From an uncultured virus (IMG/VR IMGVR_UViG_3300000868_000017) (lineage: Duplodnaviria > Heunggongvirae > Uroviricota > Caudoviricetes > Thumleimavirales > Hafunaviridae): a DNA stretch of 64,000 nucleotides. This document shows, one piece after another, positions 57,185 to 64,000 of this stretch (positions are counted from its first letter, which is position 1; each line of letters opens with the position of its first letter). The notes below the pieces were generated by a model, which ran no database searches, was not told the origin of the DNA, and saw only the letters and a program-made list of their open reading frames with translations. The position numbers were made by a program, and so were the translations under genes. The stretch lies in the IMG/VR virus record IMGVR_UViG_3300000868_000017. One strand, given 5' to 3'.

Positions 57185-57205
57185 ATGCGGTGTATCGCTG
57201 ATCTT

Positions 57206-57285
57206 GCGACCAATGGTGGCCCCGTGACCATGCCCCTCGACGGGCGTGGGCGGGGTCAAGGTGTGGTTCAATTCCCGCCGGTCGC
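57206..57285 (+). ncRNA. tRNA-like element, copy 4 (non-canonical middle arm)
   Basis: GCGACC/GGTCGC stem, TGGTGG linker, GGTG(T)GG-TTCAATT-CCCGCC arm, internal TGACC/GGTCA and ATGCCC/GGGCGT stems. Confidence 0.55.
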
Positions 57286-57367
57286 TTCCCCTTTGGTCAT
57301 AGGGGATTCTGTATCGCTACCTTGAGACGCGCCAGCGGCGGCTAACTGCTGGAACCAGAGAGACGCT

Positions 57368-57787
57368 ATGTTTGGATTCATCCGAAACCTACTGTTCCGA
57401 CGAAGTAACGACGACGACCCCCTCGACTACCTCGACCTCGGTGGCGCTGATGCGGTCTTCAACGCAATCGCTGAGCGAACGGACTCCGGCTTCGAGGTAC
57501 AGATCGAGCTTGGTGAGCCGAGACTCATCGACCGGGGCGAGCTGACCGAAGACCTCTACGTGGTGATTCCCACGTACACGGCGAACGGCCCCGACCCGGC
57601 TAACTTGGAGTTCGATCTCCCCGATGGCATCGAGGACGCGGCGGCTGAGTTCTTCGACCTGCTGGATGCGTTCGGCATCGAGAAGGTGGCCGACGTGTTC
57701 GAGCTGTCCGGGCAGAGCGTTCCCGGCGAGCGCGTGAATGGTACGGTCGTTCCGAACTTCGACGCACTCTCGGAGGCGGCGGAGTGA
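57368..57787 (+). CDS. Hypothetical protein
   Basis: 139-aa acidic ORF. Confidence 0.7.
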   Translation: MFGFIRNLLFRRSNDDDPLDYLDLGGADAVFNAIAERTDSGFEVQIELGEPRLIDRGELTEDLYVVIPTYTANGPDPANLEFDLPDGIEDAAAEFFDLLDAFGIEKVADVFELSGQSVPGERVNGTVVPNFDALSEAAE

Positions 57788-57870
57788 TCGACGACCCTTC
57801 GAGTTCTCTACTTGCTACTAATTTCATCGAGCGGGGTATCCCTCCCGACGACTTCTAAGAATCATATAGG

Positions 57871-57909
57871 CATCTTTAAGTCTTAGTTCCACATCTAATA
57901 GAGTGAGGA
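57871..57909 (+). promoter_or_regulatory. Repeated viral promoter (class A), upstream of tRNA-Asn
   Basis: CATCTTTAAGTCTTAGTTCCACATCTAATAGAGTGAGGA. Confidence 0.75.
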
Positions 57910-57935
57910 CAAGCACCCGCCCCTCATTTTCTCTT

Positions 57936-58008
57936 GCCGAGGTAGCACAACTGGTAGTGCGACGGATTGTTACTCCGTAGGTTGCAGGTTCGAGTCCTGC
58001 CTTCGGCG
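57936..58008 (+). tRNA. tRNA-Asn(GTT)
   Basis: 73-nt cloverleaf: GCCGAGG/CTTCGGC, GCAC/GTGC D arm, ACGGA-TTGTTAC-TCCGT, GCAGG-TTCGAGT-CCTGC, discriminator G. Confidence 0.93.
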
Positions 58009-58088
58009 TTTCGCTACGACGCAAACACAATGTCGTAGCCTGAGCTGAACCGACTGACGAGCAAACCAGAGAAACCTATACAGCAATA

Positions 58089-59036
58089 ATGAGCCTGTTC
58101 TCCACCGACTACAACAGCGGCGGCAACACCAACAACCAGAGCGGCGCGGACGGCGACTTCGAGGAGCGCATCTCCCTGAAGATGAACAACTACGCCTTCA
58201 TCGAGTTCTCGATCTCGCGGCTCGGTGAATACACCGGGTCGTCCTACGGTCAGTCCCTCATCGTGGACGCCGACGACGTGAAGGTGATCGACGGCATCGT
58301 GATGGAGCGGTCGCCGGGCGACGACTCCGACGACACCCTCAAAGTGTTCGGGTGGGATACGTGGTTCGCCACCGACGACAACGGCGCTCCCACCGAGGAT
58401 GTGGGCGCTGACGAAGTTCCCTCCCGACACAACGAGCAGTTCGGTAGCAACAACTTCACGTACAAGCTTCAGGAGGCCGTGCGTGAGGGCGACGACCCGG
58501 TGAGCCTCGGCAACTGCACGCTGTGGCTCTCGAACGGGACGAAGAACCGTACCTTCGCCAAGGTCATCACGCCCGCTGGTCACGATGTGGTTGACGACAA
58601 GGACGACAACTACAACTGGCTGAACGAGGACGCCATCGAACTGCGCGACGACCTCGAAGGGCGGCGCATCATCCTCTCCTACTACAAGGACGGCTTCCTC
58701 CCCGACGACGCGGAGAGCGAGGACGACTACGTGGAATACACGGACGCGAAGGTTCTCGACGCCGAGACGTTCGCCGGTATCACTATCGCCAACAACGGCG
58801 GTGGCTCGTCGGACGACGACGCCGAGGAGTCCTCGGGTGGTTCGCTCGGCGGCGGTAACGCTACCGACGAGGAGCTTCCTGAGGGTGTCCCGCAGGCCGC
58901 TGACCAGATCATCGACTTCATGGCAAACACGGGTGAGACGACGCCGGAGAACGTCGAACAGCTCGTCGACGGTGAGGTTGGTGACGCCGAGTACGACCTC
59001 GATGCGGTGATTGGCGAGATCGAGCGCCGGATGTAG
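58089..59036 (+). CDS. Very acidic protein, possibly ssDNA-binding
   Basis: Strong codon bias, beta-rich core with acidic Gly-rich tail, upstream of replication genes; function is inference. Confidence 0.55.
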   Translation: MSLFSTDYNSGGNTNNQSGADGDFEERISLKMNNYAFIEFSISRLGEYTGSSYGQSLIVDADDVKVIDGIVMERSPGDDSDDTLKVFGWDTWFATDDNGAPTEDVGADEVPSRHNEQFGSNNFTYKLQEAVREGDDPVSLGNCTLWLSNGTKNRTFAKVITPAGHDVVDDKDDNYNWLNEDAIELRDDLEGRRIILSYYKDGFLPDDAESEDDYVEYTDAKVLDAETFAGITIANNGGGSSDDDAEESSGGSLGGGNATDEELPEGVPQAADQIIDFMANTGETTPENVEQLVDGEVGDAEYDLDAVIGEIERRM

Positions 59037-59082
59037 ACACTCTTGGCGTAAAGACTCGGACGGACAACGTTAACTCATACAT

Positions 59083-59313
59083 ATGGACAAGGACGAAGCC
59101 AAGCAGTACGTGACGGAGGTACAGGTCGGAGCAGACAAGAAGAAACAGTTGGGTCAGTACGAACCGGCGACTGCCCACACGTTCCTCACCGCCGAGGTTC
59201 CCGCCGACGAAGACGTGGACGAGGTAATCGAGGCGCTGGAAGACCTCGCGTGGGAATCCACCGAGAGGAGCATCATGGAGCGGTGGGAGAAGCACGTCCG
59301 AAAGGACGAGTAG
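59083..59313 (+). CDS. Hypothetical protein
   Basis: 76-aa ORF. Confidence 0.65.
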   Translation: MDKDEAKQYVTEVQVGADKKKQLGQYEPATAHTFLTAEVPADEDVDEVIEALEDLAWESTERSIMERWEKHVRKDE

Positions 59314-59414
59314 GCTCTGTTTTCCCGCTCGATGAAGTAGTATAGCAACCGGACTCAGGACATGAAATAGGCGTATGCAACGCAGTCCGTGAGACGACCT
59401 CGATTCCTCAATTA

Positions 59415-60881
59415 ATGGAAGACACCTACATTCCGAACCTGTACGATCTCACCCTGATGAAAGAGGACTTCGGCCTGATGGGGGAAGAAGACACCCTTCA
59501 GACCGTATTCCTCTCGTGGTTCAACGGGGGGTTCGTCGCTATGACCGGCCTCTCTCGGGGAGGTAAGGACATGGTGGTGGACGCGGCGGACTACTGCACG
59601 AAGGGCGACTTCGTGTTCAAGGTTCCCGACTCCACCTCGAAGACTGACCTCTACATGAAGGAAGACCAGATGAACTCGGCCCGTGTCCACCGTTACCCGG
59701 ACATTGCGACCCTTCAAGACAAACAGCACTTGGAGGAGATTATGAAGCGCCACGGGGAGGGTAAGTCGGCTACTCACTCCCGCGCTCTCGGCACGAGCGG
59801 CCAAACAGAGTCGTTCGAGCTGAAGCCCCCGGACGCTTTCGTTCTGTTCGTCGCTTCGGACAACGAGCAGGTCGATCTCAACGACTACCCCGAACTACGA
59901 AACCGGGCGCTGGTCGTCTCGATTGACGCTTCCGAGGAGCTGACCAAGAAGGTGAACCGGCGACAGGCCCGACAGGAAGCTGGCCTCGTCGAGTATAACT
60001 TCACCGAGGATGAGCGAGAGGAGATTCGGAGTTACGTCTCCGGCATCCCGGTCAAGATGTTCGCTTCCGACGAAGGCCCGAACGGTGGGACGCTGAACCC
60101 GGTGTCGGTGGCTCTGAACAACCAGAACCCGCTCCCTCAGCATTTCACCGAGGCCCGACAGGACTTCCCTCGCCTGCTGGACTTCTGCCGGTCGGTGGCT
60201 TTGTTCCACTACAAAGACCGGATGACGCCCGCGCTCCCCGACCGGAAGGAGACGGCGACTCTCCTAATCACGCCCGCCGACGTGTGGTACGCTATGCGGA
60301 TTTTCGGTGAGCAGATGATTCTCTCCGCGCTCAACCTGCGGGAGATCGACTTCGAGATGCTGTCGATGCTTCGGGACACGAACGACGGGTACTCGAAGGC
60401 AGAGATTCAGATGGAGATGCGCGACCGTGGCTTCAACATCACGAACCGCGACGTTCACTCCGCGCTGAACAATATGCTCACGAAGGGCTACGTGCGGAAA
60501 GACCAGAGTGAGAACCCCGTGATGTGGAAGGCGTCCGAGTTCGCGGCTCAAGCCCGCCGGGACGTGACCCTCAACTGGGAGGAGATGATCGAGGACACGA
60601 AGGAAACCGCTCGGCAGGCCCTCCCCGACGATATTGCGGAGGAATACATCGAGCGGTACTGCGAAGGCGACGGCCTGTTCGTGACCCATCCTTTCACCGG
60701 GGAGAAGCTGAACATCACGAAGCAGAACATCCTCGAAGACAAAGTAGAGGAGGCCGAGAGCGCCGAGGAAGACGTCTTCGGTCAGTCGCTCTACGGTGGC
60801 GACAACTCCGACGACTCCGAGGCCGAAGTCGATGCCGACGCCGACGCCGAGGAAGCCTTCGCTGGCGGGACTCTCGGATGA
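59415..60881 (+). CDS. P-loop ATPase with wHTH, putative replicative helicase or initiator
   Basis: GLSRGGKD Walker A variant, ELRNR Arg-finger-like motif, C-terminal wHTH; next to primase. Confidence 0.6.
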   Translation: MEDTYIPNLYDLTLMKEDFGLMGEEDTLQTVFLSWFNGGFVAMTGLSRGGKDMVVDAADYCTKGDFVFKVPDSTSKTDLYMKEDQMNSARVHRYPDIATLQDKQHLEEIMKRHGEGKSATHSRALGTSGQTESFELKPPDAFVLFVASDNEQVDLNDYPELRNRALVVSIDASEELTKKVNRRQARQEAGLVEYNFTEDEREEIRSYVSGIPVKMFASDEGPNGGTLNPVSVALNNQNPLPQHFTEARQDFPRLLDFCRSVALFHYKDRMTPALPDRKETATLLITPADVWYAMRIFGEQMILSALNLREIDFEMLSMLRDTNDGYSKAEIQMEMRDRGFNITNRDVHSALNNMLTKGYVRKDQSENPVMWKASEFAAQARRDVTLNWEEMIEDTKETARQALPDDIAEEYIERYCEGDGLFVTHPFTGEKLNITKQNILEDKVEEAESAEEDVFGQSLYGGDNSDDSEAEVDADADAEEAFAGGTLG

Positions 60882-61006
60882 ACGGGCGTTGGACGTGCCG
60901 GTGCTGTGAAACCAGTACGGGCGGCCTCTCCGAATACTGCCCCGACTGTCAGAGCGCGGGTTGTACCAGCTTCGCCACGAGGTGTACCGAATGACCACAC
61001 TCACAC

Positions 61007-62245
61007 ATGGGAAATCACGAGAAGCTTCTATGGGAAGCATCGAAAGTATGGTGTCCCGACGTGGGGCCGAACGCTCCCCGTCAGGCGAGTACCCGGTTCA
61101 AGATTCAGGAACCGGCGAATAATCGAGTAGAACTGGTAAGCAACCTTCTGGAAGCCGGTCGTGCTGGAAAGGCAGGCTACGTGTCTGTTTACTCCTTCCC
61201 TCGGGGTCACACCGACGACGGTGACAACATCCCGAAGATTGACACAATCTTCATCGACTTCGATATTCCGAAAGACTCGGAATACCGCGAACGGAACCGA
61301 ACCCTCGATGCGTGGAAACGCTCGATGAGTGACCTTCTGATTCGCGTTCAGCTCGTCGCTGAGGCGATCATCGAGGGAGGGAAACAAGACCATTGGCGAG
61401 CGTCCCTGTCCGGCCACAAGGGAATCCACCTGTTCTTCGACTTCGAGGAAGTGGACGTATCGAACGGCTCCTACACGCAGTTCAAGCGTGGTCTTGAGCG
61501 GTACGGCGACCAGATGATAGAACAACTGGACGAGATCGCGGGCGGAGTTAACATCGGCCCGTGGGTGGACGTTGACTCAAGCGACCTCGCTCGTCTCGTC
61601 CGGCATCCGAACACGCCTCATCCCGGTGCGGAGCATCGAGATGAAACGAGTTGGTGCGTCCCGGTGGGCATCGAAGAACTGGTAGACCTCACTCCCGAGG
61701 AATACCTGAAACTTACCAGCGGCCCCCGGCCCGTGCCCTACAAGGAGCGAACCCCCTCGAAGTACGGACGCCGGGAGGTCGCCCTCGAAGTACGGAACGC
61801 CAGCGGTGGCGACAACACGTACAGCGAGCGCCGCCGGTCGGTGAAAGACCCGAAGGCGGTGAAACGCTACACGGGGGAAGCGAACGACCGAATCAAGGTC
61901 AGCGATATTCCGCTTCTCGTTGCGAACAAGCCCTGTATTATGGAGTTCGTCAAGCGCGACGACTCCTACGGTTACGGCTCCGAGAGTCGCGTGATGGAAA
62001 TTAACGTGATGAAGGAGCTGATTCAGAAGAAAGTCCCCATCGACGTGATCGTGAACTTCTTTCGCCCCATCGAGGGGTTCAACGAGTCCACGACGCGCTC
62101 GCTTGTTGAAGACCTAATCACCCGATACGAAGGGCCGTTTGTCTGCAAGAACGTTTGGGATGCGGGCGGCGAGTTCTGCGTTGGAATGAACGACCTCTCG
62201 GACGAATCCTGTCGAATCTACGACGAAGAATACGTACCTACATGA
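61007..62245 (+). CDS. Archaeo-eukaryotic primase with C-terminal PriL/PriX-like extension
   Basis: IFIDFD, SGHKGIHL, D-x-x-RL-x-R-x-PNT; KPCI helical C-domain. Confidence 0.85.
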   Translation: MGNHEKLLWEASKVWCPDVGPNAPRQASTRFKIQEPANNRVELVSNLLEAGRAGKAGYVSVYSFPRGHTDDGDNIPKIDTIFIDFDIPKDSEYRERNRTLDAWKRSMSDLLIRVQLVAEAIIEGGKQDHWRASLSGHKGIHLFFDFEEVDVSNGSYTQFKRGLERYGDQMIEQLDEIAGGVNIGPWVDVDSSDLARLVRHPNTPHPGAEHRDETSWCVPVGIEELVDLTPEEYLKLTSGPRPVPYKERTPSKYGRREVALEVRNASGGDNTYSERRRSVKDPKAVKRYTGEANDRIKVSDIPLLVANKPCIMEFVKRDDSYGYGSESRVMEINVMKELIQKKVPIDVIVNFFRPIEGFNESTTRSLVEDLITRYEGPFVCKNVWDAGGEFCVGMNDLSDESCRIYDEEYVPT

Positions 62246-63423
62246 ACTACGAACAGAACCTCACACCGACCGAACTGGAAATCATCGACTATCTGCCTGC
62301 GACCTACTCTGCTCTCTCCGAGGAGTTTGGGTTCTCCGAGTCAACGGCCCGCGATCACATCAGCAGTATCGAGCGGAAGGGAGCGCCGCTTGCCAAAAGA
62401 CGCATTGAGGGTGGGAAGGTCGAAGCGTATATGCGGAACGTGGAGAAGGAACATCCCACGAACCAGAACCGGACGACTGAGTACGGTTCCACCACGAAGG
62501 CGACGAAGACGAAGCGGCTGAACAATGCCGCCGGGTCACTCTCCCGACGACTCGATAAGGTGCTGAACGCGACGGAACCCGCTATCAGCGAAGTTCCCCT
62601 CTCCGAAGGCGGGGAGGAGGACGTGGTGATTCACGTCACGGACGACCACATTGGCGACGTTCTCGAAGACGAGTTTGGGAACGAGGTGTTCAACACCGAA
62701 ATCGCTCTTGAGCGGATTCGCTACCGGACGAAGAAGACGCTTGAGCTGGTCGAACGACAGCGGAAGGCCGGGTGGGAGTTCCACACGGTTCACTACCTGA
62801 TGGGCGGTGACATTATCACCGGCTCCGGTATCTACCTCGGCCAAGCGTGGGAGATGGAGAAGAACCTGAACGAGCAGATCGACATTGCGACTCAGGCTCA
62901 CTTCGAGCAGATTCGGATTCTCGCGGAACACTTCGAGGCTGTTCAGGTCGTGTGTCAGACCGGGAATCACGGCGAGATTCGCATTAGCGGTTCGAGTCAG
63001 CAGGCGAACGGGGACGACATCGTGTACCGGATGCTCGATGCGATTGTCCGGGCGTCGGAGTACGAGAACATCACCTTCATTCGGAACGACCGGACGGGGT
63101 TCACGAACTTCGAGATGCGGGGTCACAAGGCCCACCTCCGGCACGGGCAGAACGCGGCGGAACACATCGGGACGGCGGCCTCGAAGCGGGATTGGAGAGG
63201 CTGGATGCTTCAGCACGACTTCGAGATCGCCTACGCCGGGCACTACCACACGCAGGGCGTTGACCGCGTGATGAACGTTCCAGTCATTCGCTCGGGTTCC
63301 ATCAAGCCGCCGGGTGACTTCGAGGAGTCTATCTCCGAGTGGTCGATGCCCGGTGCGACGATTCACGGAGTCTCGGATAGCCTCCCGCTGACGTGGCTCT
63401 ACGACGTTCAGTATCAGCCGTAA
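62242..63423 (+). CDS. HTH-fused calcineurin-like metallophosphoesterase
   Basis: N-terminal HTH; TD-x-H-x-G, GGD, GNHG, HG, GHYH motifs. Confidence 0.85.
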   Translation: MNYEQNLTPTELEIIDYLPATYSALSEEFGFSESTARDHISSIERKGAPLAKRRIEGGKVEAYMRNVEKEHPTNQNRTTEYGSTTKATKTKRLNNAAGSLSRRLDKVLNATEPAISEVPLSEGGEEDVVIHVTDDHIGDVLEDEFGNEVFNTEIALERIRYRTKKTLELVERQRKAGWEFHTVHYLMGGDIITGSGIYLGQAWEMEKNLNEQIDIATQAHFEQIRILAEHFEAVQVVCQTGNHGEIRISGSSQQANGDDIVYRMLDAIVRASEYENITFIRNDRTGFTNFEMRGHKAHLRHGQNAAEHIGTAASKRDWRGWMLQHDFEIAYAGHYHTQGVDRVMNVPVIRSGSIKPPGDFEESISEWSMPGATIHGVSDSLPLTWLYDVQYQP

Positions 63424-63508
63424 AGACTCGGAGACTTAACGGTGAGTCTTACGGAAGACTTAAGCAACGTTCTCTGATTCTTAGCAGTACGCAAAAGCAG
63501 GACACTAA

Positions 63509-63943
63509 ATGGATACTAAAGACGAGTTCTTCGGCAAGCCAAGAGCTGACACGGTTAAAATGGAGAGCGGCCCCGGAATCCACGACTACTGGGCGCTCCA
63601 CAAGTTCGCACTCGAAACCGAGTACGACTGGATGCCCACCCACCTCCGCTGTTACCACCCCGGACGGATGATTGACGGCGAGCTGATGGAAGGATACTAT
63701 GACGAGTTCATTCCTATAGCTCACGACTCCCCGAGAGGCCGTGTGCTGAAGAAGAAAATCACGGAGGAAACCCTCTACTGCCCGGACTGTGAGGAAGCCG
63801 CGAAGAAGATAGACACGGGCGAGCCGGTTTGTCCCGAGTGCGGTCTTATCTGCGACGACGGGCGACCCACCTACGAGATCGTCAGCGACCCGAAGGCGGC
63901 GGGCCGAGTTGACACCCAATCTGGTTACTATGGAAGCGACTGA
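63509..63943 (+). CDS. Protein with C-terminal TFB-type Zn ribbon
   Basis: CPDC...DTGE-x-VCPECGLI. Confidence 0.7.
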   Translation: MDTKDEFFGKPRADTVKMESGPGIHDYWALHKFALETEYDWMPTHLRCYHPGRMIDGELMEGYYDEFIPIAHDSPRGRVLKKKITEETLYCPDCEEAAKKIDTGEPVCPECGLICDDGRPTYEIVSDPKAAGRVDTQSGYYGSD

Positions 63944-64000
63944 ATCTATCACCGACACGACTGCCGAGTTGAAACGCCTGATGAACGAAACAACCGTGGA

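Larger units (their letters stand above)
2462..64000. mobile_element. Integrated haloarchaeal myovirus (HF1/HF2-like provirus), continuing past the right edge
   Basis: tRNA-fragment att oriented so the element lies to its right; full head/contractile-tail module, nrdJ, tRNA-Asn, primase; divergent late and early arms. Confidence 0.85.

Overview
Haloarchaeal DNA (acidic proteome, archaeal TBP and TFB). Most of the window (about 2462 to beyond 64000) is an integrated tailed myovirus whose gene content and order resemble HF1/HF2-group haloviruses (Hafunaviridae-like; assigned by recognition, not by search). Its left boundary is a 3' fragment of tRNA-Thr(GGT) (att site). Left of the att is a convergent methyltransferase/endonuclease pair. 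Inside the element, left to right: a defence-like cargo block (DpnII/MboI-type nuclease domain, type IIG R-M enzyme, TBP, NERD-like nuclease); class II ribonucleotide reductase; a complete leftward myovirus morphogenesis module from tail fibre to terminase; a ~2.2 kb non-coding region at the late/early divergence; a rightward run of small early genes; and middle/replication genes (ERCC4 nuclease, TFB fragment, LAGLIDADG endonuclease, tRNA-Asn, ATPase, AEP primase, phosphoesterase). The integrase, DNA polymerase and intact tRNA-Thr are not in the window. The most unusual signals are non-coding: (i) a family of anticodon-less tRNA-like elements with compensatory base changes, two of them directly in front of early-gene start codons; (ii) a ~1.4 kb ORF-free, hairpin-dense segment with GNRA/UNCG tetraloops on one strand, a candidate large ncRNA; (iii) a strand-asymmetric CCGTC block with G-quadruplex consensus; (iv) four recurring promoter/leader motifs. 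Among proteins, a neck protein fused to a zincin-like domain and an apparently split TFB stand out.
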